In this document: positions 47,677-57,580 of the stretch, piece by piece
Numbering within the stretch: position 1 is the stretch's first letter
Layout of the letters: each line of letters starts with the position of its first letter
The notes under the pieces: generated by a model
What the model was told of the DNA's origin: nothing
Database searches by the model: none
What the model saw: the letters and a program-made list of their open reading frames with translations, nothing else
Program-made: the position numbers and the translations under genes
DNA from: an uncultured Bacteroidales bacterium
Lineage (GTDB): Bacteria > Bacteroidota > Bacteroidia > Bacteroidales > ML635J-15
DNA length: 64,000 bases
Direction of reading: 5' to 3'
NCBI GenBank assembly: GCA_937982115.1
Contig: CALJNE010000009.1
Span: 24,582 to 88,581, forward strand

Positions 47677-48198
47677 ATGAAAATAAGAATCAGTCGCGGT
47701 AATCTGCTTTTATTAAGCCTGCTATTGGTTATTACATTTTATTTTATAAATCGTTTTGAGAAGATTCGTAAAAGCGAATTTACAACAGGAAAAATCATTG
47801 AATTAGAAATTATTTCGGATAAGGAAACAAAAGAAGTTTTGCAAATTATTCCCTTAATAAAGTATGAAATTGATGGTAAGGCATACAAAATTAAAGCTAA
47901 TTCAAATCTTGACGCAGAAAAATACAGCTCTGTAAAAATCATTTACAATCCCAAACATCCTGAGGATGGCATTGTTTATAATTTTGCAGAATTTTGGATA
48001 CCGGCATTAATATATTGCATTGTTCCATTAATGATTTTATTTGCTGTTATACTTGGGATGATAGACTCCAAAGGTTGTCTTGTGATAAAAATTAATAAAG
48101 GCAATTTTCTTTCAATTCGAAAAACGGCTTTCGATGAAGAACAAAAGAAATGTGATCAAAACTACCCCGAAATACTAAATAAATCAGAAGAAGAATAG
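47677..48198 (+). CDS. DUF3592-like small membrane protein
   Basis: 173 aa from ATG 47677, with TM - beta-rich segment - TM topology. The upstream 47554 extension has no support. Confidence 0.5.
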   Translation: MKIRISRGNLLLLSLLLVITFYFINRFEKIRKSEFTTGKIIELEIISDKETKEVLQIIPLIKYEIDGKAYKIKANSNLDAEKYSSVKIIYNPKHPEDGIVYNFAEFWIPALIYCIVPLMILFAVILGMIDSKGCLVIKINKGNFLSIRKTAFDEEQKKCDQNYPEILNKSEEE

Positions 48199-48199
48199 A

Positions 48200-49042
48200 T
48201 TATTGCATGAAATGAATTTCGTCAATCCAGCTTATGATGTATTCAAGATCGCAAAGATTGGGATTATGAATGTGCCACTTCCCGCGTATGTTTAGCTCAT
48301 TTAGAGCCATTTTAAAATGAGATAGAGCTATTCCCATATCAATTTTTTGCAGATCTGTAGATTTGGGAGCTCCGGTAATTTTTTCTCTTTTGAGGTAAAA
48401 GTGATATTTACTTCCCACCTTAATAACTCGCCATGGCTGTTTATTTACTGCTGAGGGAGCAAGGCGAACACACTCAAGTGCTTGATGATATGGATCGTCA
48501 GGATCGAAAATCAAAGGATTATTTAAACTTTCTTCAAAAAATAATGTTTCGAAGTTATATCTTTTGCTTCCGTCGGTAAATGTAAGTCCTAATTTTTCTC
48601 TTAAGGTTTTATCTGCAGCTTTATATCCCACCGGAGTTATTGCCGGTATTGTTTCGTTAGGTTTTAAATCTAATAATTTAGCATAGTCTTTACGATTGAA
48701 AGTCCCGCCAATCCAGCAGGTTCCAATACCCATTGAAGTAAGACGAATTATAATTTTTTCGAGGCAGTACCCGTAATCTACTTCTGAAAATTCAAATTTT
48801 TCAACACATCCGCCAATAAAATACGAAGCATTAGAGATAAAACCATAAGTACCAAGCCTAACTTTTTCCTTAGCTTTAGCAACAGGTTTTTCAATAAAAA
48901 TAAATCTTGGTTCATTTCCAAAAGGACCCTTACAAGGATTTTGAATTAAATGAATAATTTCCTTTATAATTTCGGGGCTAAGTTCTCGTTTTTCGTACTT
49001 GCGAACAGATTTGCGTATTTTAATGGCTTCAATGTCAGTCAT
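48200..49042 (-). CDS. Nitroreductase family protein
   Basis: N-terminus IEAIKIRKSVRKY; later PSAVNKQPW, consistent with a duplicated nitroreductase fold. ATG 49042 preferred over the TTG at 49072. Confidence 0.7.
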   Translation of the reverse strand: MTDIEAIKIRKSVRKYEKRELSPEIIKEIIHLIQNPCKGPFGNEPRFIFIEKPVAKAKEKVRLGTYGFISNASYFIGGCVEKFEFSEVDYGYCLEKIIIRLTSMGIGTCWIGGTFNRKDYAKLLDLKPNETIPAITPVGYKAADKTLREKLGLTFTDGSKRYNFETLFFEESLNNPLIFDPDDPYHQALECVRLAPSAVNKQPWRVIKVGSKYHFYLKREKITGAPKSTDLQKIDMGIALSHFKMALNELNIRGKWHIHNPNLCDLEYIISWIDEIHFMQ

Positions 49043-49128
49043 TTCAATTAAAAATTCTTTGCAAAAATACAATTGCTTTTACAAATAAAATAAGGTTTTA
49101 TCTTAATAGAATATAAAATTATACTTAA

Positions 49129-52056
49129 TTATTGTTTTAAAGCATTAAACAATACTTCGATTGGATGTAAAGCATTTGCTCCCGTACCGTCTTGAATCTG
49201 ACACCTGCAACTTGTACCGGCAGCCACAATAATTTCATCATTAGCAACAGCTTTTCTAACTGCTGGAAACAAAACAAGCTCACCTATTTTCATTGAAACA
49301 TCATAATGTTCTTTTTCATATCCGAAACTACCGGCCATCCCACAACAACCAGAAGGAATTTCTTCAACATTATAATTCTTTGGCAAACTTAACATCTTTA
49401 AAGTATAATTTGTTCCGGTAATTGCTTTTTGCTGGCAATGACCATGAAACTTTATTCTGCGAATTTCATCTGTAAAATATTCTGATTGAATATTCCCTTT
49501 TTCTATCTCGGAACAGATAAACTCGTCAAATACCATAGCATTTTTAGCAAGTTTCTCAGCAATATCTCGATTTTCTTTATATGCGAGATCAGGATATTCA
49601 TCCCTAAAGGCAAGTATTGCCGATGGTTCTATTCCAACGAGCGGAGTATTTTCGTCAATCAAATCCTTTAGAATTTCAATATTCTTATTTGCTACTTTTT
49701 TAGCTTTCTTCAATAATCCTTTGCTTAAAAATGTGCGGCCGCTGATTTCAATTGGAGCAATTTTTACATCATAACCAAGACTGCTGAATAATTTTATGGC
49801 TGCAATTCCTATGTGTGAGTCTAAATATCTGGTAAACTCATCAGCAAATAGATAAATTTTCTTTTTATATTCAGCTTTTTCAGATGGAATTTGAGTTTTA
49901 AGAGTTTTTGAAAAATTTGTATAATTCAATAAAGGGAAATGTCTGTAGGGGCTGAAACCAATTATTCTTTTAAGAATTCTGGCAGGAAATTTATTTTTCA
50001 TAAAGAAATTAGAAATTCCTGAAAATGGAGTCATTAGTTTATGAAAAATCGGCAGATACCCAACAGCAAGCGATCTGAGCGGAATTGCATTATAATCATA
50101 ATAATGTTGTAAGAATTCCATTTTCAGTTTTGCGACATCAACTCCAGAAGGACATTCAGATTTACAGGCTTTGCATAAAAGACACAAATCCAGCACATCT
50201 TTAATTTCCTTAGAGTTAAATGCATAATTAAGACTATAATTTGTAAAAATTTCGCGTATAATATTAGCTCTTGCACGAGTTGAATGCTTTTCATCCAGAG
50301 TCGCCTGAAAACTTGGACAAAGAGTTCCACCGATAACTGCAGTTTTTCGACAATCACCGCTTCCGTTACATTTTTCGGCAGTTCGCAAAAAACCACCTGT
50401 TCGGCTGAAGTCAAAATAAGTTTCAAATTCAGGAGTTATCATTCCGGGCTGAAAACGCAAAGAAGTATTCATTGGTGGAGTATCCACAATTTTATTCGGA
50501 TTTAAGATTCCTTTCGGATCCCAAACTGTTTTAATTTGTTTGAATAGGTCGTAAAGCTTTTGACCATACATTAACGGAATAAATTCTCCCCGCAGACGTC
50601 CGTCTCCGTGCTCACCACTGAGAGAACCTCGATGTTTTTTTACCAGCAAAGCCGTTTCGTAGGCCACAGTGTGAAAAAGTTTTACGTGTTCGGGATCTTT
50701 GAGATTTAATACTGGTCTCAGGTGCAACTCCCCTGTTCCAATGTGTGCATAGTAAACACACTCAAGACCTAATTTCCCCAGAAGTGCCGAAAATTCTTCC
50801 ATATAATTGGGCAAGTCTTCAGTCCTAACTGCAGTATCTTCAACCACAGGAACAGGTTTTGCATCACCCGGCATATTTGTTAAAACGCCCAAACCTGCTT
50901 TTCGTAATTCCCATACTCGCGAAATATCTTTTCCTTTGATCACGGGATAAGCATACCCTATTCCGTTGGCGATTAGTTCATTCTTTAGATTTTCGGCTAA
51001 AATGTCTATTTCGGCAGGATCATTGGCAAACCACTCTACTATTAAAATCGCAGCAGGATCTCCATCAACAAAAAAGCGGTTTCGGTTTTGATTAATATTC
51101 TCTTTTGTAAGATCCATGATTTTTTTGTCCATCAATTCAATTGAAACCGGCTTGTGCTTCAGGGCAATTAAATTTGCATAAAACACCTCTTTAAGTTCAT
51201 TAACGTGAACACACATCAGAGCTTTGTGTTTTGGAGGCATATCCACAAGATTGAGTTTCAATTCAGTTACTACGGCCAATGTTCCTTCGGAACCGGCAAT
51301 CAACTTTGACAGATTAAACTTATTACTGCTTTCGGAAAAAATACAAGTATCAAGTAGTATATCCAGAGCATAGCCTGTATTTCGCCTTTTAATATCAGGA
51401 TGCGGATATTGCTGTTTTATTTCATCAACAATTTCCTTATTACTGAGAATTTCATTTATCTTTCTGTAGATTTTTCCTTCGAGACTTGCTAATTTGAGTT
51501 TTTCCAGAAATTCATCTTTATCAAGATCTTTAAAAACAACCACAGAACCATCAGCCAGAATAGCTTCAATTTCGAGAATATGATCCCTGACAGAGCCGTA
51601 AATTAATGAATGAGCCCCGCAGGAATTGTTTCCCAGCATTCCTCCAATCATACATCTGTTGGAGGTAGAAGTTTCAGGCCCGAAAAATAAATTGTGTTTT
51701 GCAAGTTCTTTGTTCAATTCATCTAAAACTACTCCGGGCTGAAGTCTTACCCATTTTTCTCCGGTATTAATTTCGATGATTTTCGAAAAATTATGACCTA
51801 TATAAACGACTACACCACCACCCACAACCTGTCCCGCCAGAGATGTACCTGCAGCACGAGGAATCAAATTAACTTTATGTTTATCAGCTGCTTTTACTAT
51901 GGTAATCAAATCATCCTTATCCTTCGGAATCAAAATCATTGCAGGAATTTCGCGATATGCCGAGGCATCGGTAGCATAAAGTTTTTTATAGATTTCATCA
52001 TTCTTTATTTCACCCTTGAAAGATTTTTTTAACTCTTTGTAAAAACTCTGAATCAT
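49129..52056 (-). CDS. FAD-linked oxidase fused to Fe-S/CCG domains (GlcD-GlcF/D-lactate dehydrogenase-like)
   Basis: FAD-binding PCMH motifs (PRAAGTSLAGQ), a ferredoxin-like cluster (CLLCKACKSECP) and C-terminal CCG-type cysteines (CCGMAGSFG). ATG 52056 preferred. Confidence 0.85.
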   Translation of the reverse strand: MIQSFYKELKKSFKGEIKNDEIYKKLYATDASAYREIPAMILIPKDKDDLITIVKAADKHKVNLIPRAAGTSLAGQVVGGGVVVYIGHNFSKIIEINTGEKWVRLQPGVVLDELNKELAKHNLFFGPETSTSNRCMIGGMLGNNSCGAHSLIYGSVRDHILEIEAILADGSVVVFKDLDKDEFLEKLKLASLEGKIYRKINEILSNKEIVDEIKQQYPHPDIKRRNTGYALDILLDTCIFSESSNKFNLSKLIAGSEGTLAVVTELKLNLVDMPPKHKALMCVHVNELKEVFYANLIALKHKPVSIELMDKKIMDLTKENINQNRNRFFVDGDPAAILIVEWFANDPAEIDILAENLKNELIANGIGYAYPVIKGKDISRVWELRKAGLGVLTNMPGDAKPVPVVEDTAVRTEDLPNYMEEFSALLGKLGLECVYYAHIGTGELHLRPVLNLKDPEHVKLFHTVAYETALLVKKHRGSLSGEHGDGRLRGEFIPLMYGQKLYDLFKQIKTVWDPKGILNPNKIVDTPPMNTSLRFQPGMITPEFETYFDFSRTGGFLRTAEKCNGSGDCRKTAVIGGTLCPSFQATLDEKHSTRARANIIREIFTNYSLNYAFNSKEIKDVLDLCLLCKACKSECPSGVDVAKLKMEFLQHYYDYNAIPLRSLAVGYLPIFHKLMTPFSGISNFFMKNKFPARILKRIIGFSPYRHFPLLNYTNFSKTLKTQIPSEKAEYKKKIYLFADEFTRYLDSHIGIAAIKLFSSLGYDVKIAPIEISGRTFLSKGLLKKAKKVANKNIEILKDLIDENTPLVGIEPSAILAFRDEYPDLAYKENRDIAEKLAKNAMVFDEFICSEIEKGNIQSEYFTDEIRRIKFHGHCQQKAITGTNYTLKMLSLPKNYNVEEIPSGCCGMAGSFGYEKEHYDVSMKIGELVLFPAVRKAVANDEIIVAAGTSCRCQIQDGTGANALHPIEVLFNALKQ

Positions 52057-52132
52057 AATAAACTTTTTTTGCAAAGTTATTTTTATATCCACAAATTGAA
52101 ATGATAATTATTAGTAAATAGCCACATTTTTT

Positions 52133-52140
52133 TAATTTTG
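52133..52140 (+). promoter_or_regulatory. -7 box TAnnTTTG upstream of holA
   Basis: taattttg lies 14 nt before ATG 52154. Confidence 0.4.
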
Positions 52141-52153
52141 TGAGAAATAAAAA

Positions 52154-53161
52154 ATGATGGAATACGAAAAGATATTAAATAATCTTAAAAATAAGATTTT
52201 TAAACCGATATATGTGTTTTACGGTGAAGAATCTTACTTTATTGATAAACTGACAGACTTCATTGAGGAGGATGTTCTTCTACCGTCGGAAAAAGCTTTT
52301 AATCAAACTATTTTGTATGGAAAAGATGTAACAGCAAAGGATATAATTGAAGTTGCCCGACGTTTTCCGATGGCTGCTAATCATCAGGTTGTAATTGTAA
52401 AAGAAGCCCAGGACGTAAGTGATTTGCAAAAGTTAGATGTTTATCTTACTAACCCGATGATTTCTACTTTGCTGGTGTTAAATTTAAAAAACACAAAAAC
52501 ACTTGACAAAGGAGCTAAAATTTTTAAACCTGCAAACAAATTCGTTGAATTTTTTGAATCAAAAAAATTAACCGAAAAACAAATATACGCATGGATTAAT
52601 AATTTTCTTAAAAACGAAGGACTTACAATTTATCCCGATGCCTTGAGACTATTTTACGAAAGTATCGGCAATAATCTTAATGCAATTAATAATGAACTCG
52701 AAAAAATAAAGATTTTTTTACCTAAAGGGTCCAATATTAATGTTGAAACCATTGCTTCCTTAATTGGCGTAAGCAGGGATTTTAATGTATTCGAACTGCA
52801 AAAAGCCCTCGGATATCGGGATATTCCAAAAATTTACAAAATTATGGATTATCTGATGACAAGCAACAATAAGGAAAATTCATTAATAGCTGTTACCATC
52901 AGACTTTTTGACTATTTTTCCAAAATAATCAAAGTTCACACACTTAAACAGAAAGATAAAAATTCTATTGCCGCAGAGATTGGAGTTCCGTCATTCTTTG
53001 CCGATGAATATATAACTGCTTGCAGAAATTATTCACTTGCAAAATGTTTTATGATTGTTTCATATTTACGCGAGACACACATGAAAGCTCTTGGCGTGAA
53101 TAATAATGTTAAATCCGAAAAAGAGCTCGCCATTGAACTAATTTTTAAAATGATACATTAA
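52154..53161 (+). CDS. holA: DNA polymerase III subunit delta
   Basis: 335 aa. The N-terminal pattern PIYVFYGEESYFID...VVIVKEAQ and the overall size are typical of HolA. Confidence 0.7.
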   Translation: MMEYEKILNNLKNKIFKPIYVFYGEESYFIDKLTDFIEEDVLLPSEKAFNQTILYGKDVTAKDIIEVARRFPMAANHQVVIVKEAQDVSDLQKLDVYLTNPMISTLLVLNLKNTKTLDKGAKIFKPANKFVEFFESKKLTEKQIYAWINNFLKNEGLTIYPDALRLFYESIGNNLNAINNELEKIKIFLPKGSNINVETIASLIGVSRDFNVFELQKALGYRDIPKIYKIMDYLMTSNNKENSLIAVTIRLFDYFSKIIKVHTLKQKDKNSIAAEIGVPSFFADEYITACRNYSLAKCFMIVSYLRETHMKALGVNNNVKSEKELAIELIFKMIH

Positions 53162-53170
53162 TCTTTTTTT

Positions 53171-53779
53171 ATGGTAACAATAATAATAGTAGTAACTCTA
53201 ATAATTTCAGTCTATGCATGGCAGGACAAAAATTTGTTTCAAAAGTTTTTATTGTCTCCGTATATTTTAGTGAGGAATAAAGAATATCACAGATTGCTTA
53301 CTCATGGATTTCTTCACGGGAATTGGCTACATCTTATCGTAAACATGCTGGTTTTTTGGTCGTTCGGAAGAGTTTTATTGATTTATTTTAATATCATCTG
53401 GAGTAATGGTAATTTGGTTTTTCTTTTATTCTATATGAGTGCAATAGTGCTATCTTCGTTATATTCGGTTGTTAAACACAAAGATAATTATGAATACAGT
53501 GCAGTTGGAGCAAGCGGCGCAACCTCGGCAATAGTATTTGCATTTATTTTCTTTGAGCCATGGAATTTGGTTTATTTTTTCGGAGTATTGCCCGTTCCGG
53601 GAATAATTTTCGGATTGTTTTACTTAATTTATTCCTATAAAATGGCTCAAAAACAAATTGACAATATTGGTCATGACGCACATTTTTGGGGAGCAGTTTA
53701 TGGTTTTTGTTTCCCGATTATTTTCAAACCACAGCTGATTCAACATTTTATCCAAAGCTTATTAAGTTTTAACTTTTAA
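53171..53779 (+). CDS. Rhomboid family protein (third in window)
   Basis: Motifs HGFLHGNWLHLIVN, GASGATSA and HDAHFWGAVYG. Confidence 0.7.
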   Translation: MVTIIIVVTLIISVYAWQDKNLFQKFLLSPYILVRNKEYHRLLTHGFLHGNWLHLIVNMLVFWSFGRVLLIYFNIIWSNGNLVFLLFYMSAIVLSSLYSVVKHKDNYEYSAVGASGATSAIVFAFIFFEPWNLVYFFGVLPVPGIIFGLFYLIYSYKMAQKQIDNIGHDAHFWGAVYGFCFPIIFKPQLIQHFIQSLLSFNF

Positions 53780-53782
53780 AAA

Positions 53783-54283
53783 ATGAATAAAGCAGTTTTT
53801 CTCGATAGAGATGGAGTTATAAATAAAGAAACAGGACAATATACAACCCGTGTTGAAGATTTCATAATAAATGAAGGTACTGGCGAAAGCATAAAACTTT
53901 TAAAAGATTCCGGATTTTTAGTTATCGTAATTTCAAATCAGGGAGGAATTGCAAAATCACTGTATTCCCATGAAGATGTACTGGAAATGCACTTAAAACT
54001 ATGTGAATACCTTTATAATTATAATACTGCCATAGACGACTTTTATTACTGTCCTCATCACCCCGACACCGGTCTATGCTTATGCAGAAAACCCGACAGC
54101 TTGTTAATCGAAAAAGCTATAGCAAGATATAATATTTCAATCGAAAATTCATATTTCATTGGAGATTCCGAAAGAGACATTGAAGCTGCTAAAAAAGTTG
54201 GCATTAAAGGAATTAAAATAACTCCTAATGAAAATATATATAATATCTGTAAAAACATTTGCAACCGGAATAATAGCGAGTAA
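53783..54283 (+). CDS. gmhB: D-glycero-beta-D-manno-heptose-1,7-bisphosphate 7-phosphatase-like HAD-IIIA phosphatase
   Basis: Motifs FLDRDGVIN, VISNQGG, the zinc-site cysteines CPHHP..C.CRKP, and GDSERD. Confidence 0.75.
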   Translation: MNKAVFLDRDGVINKETGQYTTRVEDFIINEGTGESIKLLKDSGFLVIVISNQGGIAKSLYSHEDVLEMHLKLCEYLYNYNTAIDDFYYCPHHPDTGLCLCRKPDSLLIEKAIARYNISIENSYFIGDSERDIEAAKKVGIKGIKITPNENIYNICKNICNRNNSE

Positions 54284-54294
54284 AAATATTTAAG

Positions 54295-55158
54295 ATGACA
54301 AAACACATAATGCTTAACGGAGAAATCATGCCGGCAGGAAGTCCTGTTTTGCATCATAACAGCAGAGCCATTCGTTTTGGAGATTGTTTTACTGTTGTGT
54401 TACGAGGTAATTCATCAAAAATATTTTTCCCGGATGAGTATTTCGAATACATGCTTCTGTGTTTGCAAGAACTTAATTATACAATTCCCGAAACTTTTGT
54501 AAAGTCCATATTTTACAATGACTTATACCTGATTCTGCAAAAAAATCGCATTTATAAAGGATTCAAAGCTTACATTAGTTTTATCAGAGATTTAGATGAA
54601 AATAATCGCGAACAGCAAAGCACATCTATTTTAATTTCTCCTGAGAAAATCACTCCAGAGTTTTATGAGATTAAAGAACCCGGAAAAACTATAGATATTT
54701 CTATTTCTCAATGTATTCCGCAATTTTTATTTGAGCAAAAATATTCTCATCTTATTGAAAATTATCTTATAAGTAAAAAAATCTATCCCGCTGCTTCCGG
54801 AATTGATATTTTTCTTTTTGATGAAAATAAAAACATCATCAGAACAAGAAATTCAGCAGTATTTTTTGTAAAAAAAGACAAAATATTTATCCCCGAAAAT
54901 CTTCCGAATGACAGTTTAAAGATTTTTACATACATCATAATTGCCATTGCCGAAATTTCGGGAATAAAAACAGAAAAGTTACAAATCAATATTTCCGACC
55001 TGAATAAATTCGATGAAATTTTTACAGCAGATTTGATTAATGGAATTCAATACGTTAACGGGATAGAAGATATAAGATATTATAAAAACATTTCAAGACA
55101 TTTAGCTCAAAAACTTGATAAAGTGATTAAAAAGACTTTGGAGGATAAAGTTTTATAA
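54295..55158 (+). CDS. Aminotransferase class IV-like (PabC/BCAT fold) protein, tentative
   Basis: 287 aa. The call rests only on N-terminal similarity (LNGEIMPAGSPVLHHNSRAIRFGD) and the length. Confidence 0.35.
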   Translation: MTKHIMLNGEIMPAGSPVLHHNSRAIRFGDCFTVVLRGNSSKIFFPDEYFEYMLLCLQELNYTIPETFVKSIFYNDLYLILQKNRIYKGFKAYISFIRDLDENNREQQSTSILISPEKITPEFYEIKEPGKTIDISISQCIPQFLFEQKYSHLIENYLISKKIYPAASGIDIFLFDENKNIIRTRNSAVFFVKKDKIFIPENLPNDSLKIFTYIIIAIAEISGIKTEKLQINISDLNKFDEIFTADLINGIQYVNGIEDIRYYKNISRHLAQKLDKVIKKTLEDKVL

Positions 55159-55179
55159 ATAAGTCAGGAGCACGACGTG

Positions 55180-55301
55180 AATGTCTCGACCTAAAATAAG
55201 ATTACACAAAAAGTAAAATTTTGAGATAAAAAAAGAAATTATGTATAAATTTGTGGTAGAATTTAAATGTTAAACTGTAAACTTTTTTAGGACGAGACAT
55301 T
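55180..55301. repeat. 17-bp inverted repeat pair (1 mismatch) separated by 88 nt in convergent intergenic region
   Basis: aatgtctcgAcctaaaa (55180-55196) against ttttaggAcgagacatt (55285-55301). It lies at the left border of the decayed R-M islet. Confidence 0.6.
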
Positions 55302-55384
55302 ATAATCATTTGTGCTTGTTTGACATTAAAGCATGCTTCGAATTACCCGCAAACTTTTAGGCTCAAACGTCAGCATATAATTTT

Positions 55385-56263
55385 TTAAAATTCTAATTCA
55401 CAACCGTAATCAGTTTTTGATTCTTCAATCAAAAATAATTTAAGTTGGCTGTTATCAATAAAACCTTCAATTTTTTTTCTAAACTTTGTTGCAATTTTTG
55501 GATCTTCAATTTCCATTTTTCTTTTTTTACTCAAAATCAAATATTCTTCCTGCAAATCAATTACTAAAAACTTTCTATTTGCCAAATTGGCTGCAATACC
55601 TGTTGTAGAACTACCTGTAAATGGGTCTAAAATCCAGAAGTTTGGCTTTGTTGAAGCCAAAATAAGTCTTGTCAAAACTGAAAGTGGTTTTTGGGTGGGG
55701 TGTTTGCCACACGATTTTTCCCATAGTGCAATTGCGGGCAATCTCCATACATCTTTCATTTGTTTATTCCCGTTGAGTTTTTTCATTAATTCATAATTAA
55801 AATAATGAGGTATTTTTTCAGTTTTACGTGCCCAAATTATTTGTTCGGTTGAATGAGTAAAGTAACGACAAGAAAAATTTGGAGGTGGATTTGTCTTTTC
55901 CCATGTAATAATATTTAAAATCTTAAAACCTAATTCCATTAAAATTTGTCCAATAGAAAAAATATTGTGCACTGTACCACTTATCCAAATAGTGGCATCG
56001 TCTTTCATTTTATCACGAACCAATGAAAGTCATTGGCGATTAAATTGATTTATATATTCTAATCCATGAGATTTGTCCCAGGCACCTTTGTTTACACTTG
56101 CAATTTTTCCGTTTTGAATTGTTAATCCATCATTTGATAAAAAATAGGGAGGATCAGCAAAAACCATATCGAACTTGTGGTGGAATTGAGGTAAAAGTTC
56201 CATTGTATCTTCTTTGAGGAGATAGAATTTTTTGTCGTTAGATTTAAAATATGGTTCTAGCAT
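55385..56263 (-). pseudogene. Beta-class N6-adenine DNA methyltransferase, DpnA/M.MboIC-like (GATC type), interrupted by in-frame TGA
   Basis: A single frame runs 56263->55385 and is split into 77-aa and 212-aa ORFs in the track. Motif IV is FADPPYFLSN; motif I is LDPFTGSSTTG; also WISGTVHNIFS and SCRYFTHSTE. The TGA at 56032-56030 replaces the conserved Trp in ..QFNRQ[W]LSLV... Confidence 0.8.
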
Positions 56264-56281
56264 TTACGAAATTTCATTTTT

Positions 56282-56796
56282 TTATTCTTCAATTCCTGCC
56301 CAAGACATATTTCTACCTTCTCCAGTTGGATAGTTTACATCTTCTTGTCCCCAAACCCATTTGTATGCTTTTATTAAGCATTCTTGACTTTCTCCATTTC
56401 GAAATTTGAGAGCATAGATTTCATCTATAAATCGTTTGGTTCTTCTCCATTCAAAGTTCTCTCTAGAATAGCAATTAATTTTAACGTTTCATCTTTGTCT
56501 TACTCTGATTTATAATCTAAATCTTCTAAAATTTGCTTGTGAGTATTTTGCCATAATCCATTTTCACTTGGTTGAAAAATAAAAACGAGAAAATCCTCCT
56601 TCTTTGGACAACCACATACAGACTTTCCCCCTGGTTTAGTTATGACAATTTTTCTTCCGTCAGCTAATTGCTCTACCTCATAGACTCTGTATTCTATTGC
56701 TTCAAGCTTCTGAACGAAATTTTCTCGTGTATCGTTCCTGATTTCTAATCTTTTTAAGTCTATAGAATGTTTATAGTAATTTTTCTTTTTAAAACT
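56282..56796 (-). pseudogene. Broken ORF of unknown function between endonuclease and methyltransferase (no start codon, in-frame TAA, frameshift)
   Basis: Frame A is open 56796->56503 (98 codons, no ATG/GTG/TTG), with TAA at 56502-56500. Coding-like sequence then continues in frame A to 56425 and in the -1 frame from 56488 to a TAA at 56284-56282. No part of it appears in the track. Confidence 0.5.
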
Positions 56797-57580
56797 CTAT
56801 TACAATTTCATCTCTGATTTTTTTAATAAAGTTTTCAAGTGTTTTTAGATTATACATACTCGGAATAATGTTAAATGCCTCTTCCAATTTATTTTTAGCA
56901 GATAACCATCCCTTACCATCGGTAATCCATACAAATTCAAAATTTTCATATTGATTAATTTTAGGTGCAAGATCGGAATAGGACCTCGCTGTTTCATTCA
57001 GTTTGGAACCTCCACCATTATAGAAATTTGTTTCAATTAAATACGTTTTCTTTTTGGTTTTAATCACAAAATCAAAACATTTAATATCAGCTCCTAAACT
57101 TGATATTTCTGGGAATTCAGTGCTGCTCACCTCCTTTTTATAAAAGATTTTTGCTTTATCAAAAAACAAAGATATTGCTTTTGACATATTTTCACCACCT
57201 CGGTTTTTTCTGGCATTAGTGTCTAAACCAACTTCAACACCAAAAACATAATCTACTAAATTCTTTATTTCTTTATTCCTAAAAATTTCACCTAAACCTG
57301 TTTCTTCCACATATTCACATATACTTTCAGGTGACGAGAAGTAAGTATCAAGAAACACAATTTCACCCTTATTATTAAAAGTTTTTGCTTTTTTATTTTT
57401 TCGAACGGCAATTAAAATATCCAATATCTCGAAGCATCGGGGATTTTCTTTGTAAAGTTCTTTTACAGCTTTTTTAACATTATTAAATCTATTCATCATC
57501 CAGAACAAAACTGCCCCACTTCCCACAAATGGTTCAATAAAAGTAAAATTACTGTCATAAACAAATTTTGTAAAGCCTTT
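56789..57580 (-). pseudogene. Chimeric ORF: Dam-type methyltransferase motif-I segment fused in frame to DpnII/MboI-family restriction endonuclease body
   Basis: The open frame reads KGFTKFVYDSNFTFIEPFVGSGAVLFWMMNRFNNVKKAV (Dam motif I) and then continues directly into an endonuclease-like sequence (NLVDYVFGVEVGLDTNARKNRGG...FDFVIK...YLIETNFYNGGGSKLNETARSY...WITDGKGW). There is no DPPY motif anywhere in the ORF. Confidence 0.6.

Noticed and set aside
56030-56032. In-frame TGA as evidence for an alternative genetic code (TGA=Trp or Gly)
   Set aside because: TGA works as a genuine stop elsewhere at the expected protein lengths (for example pssA at 5760-5762 and the 38277 ORF at 40383-40385). 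Conserved Trp residues are encoded by TGG (for example FLKWAGGK). About 50 genes are intact under code 11. A single nonsense mutation is the simpler explanation.
56020-56036. Hairpin at the TGA as a SECIS or programmed readthrough element
   Set aside because: The stop lies inside a short 7-bp stem rather than upstream of a bacterial SECIS-like structure. The homologous position is Trp, not Cys/Sec. The rest of the islet is also degraded.
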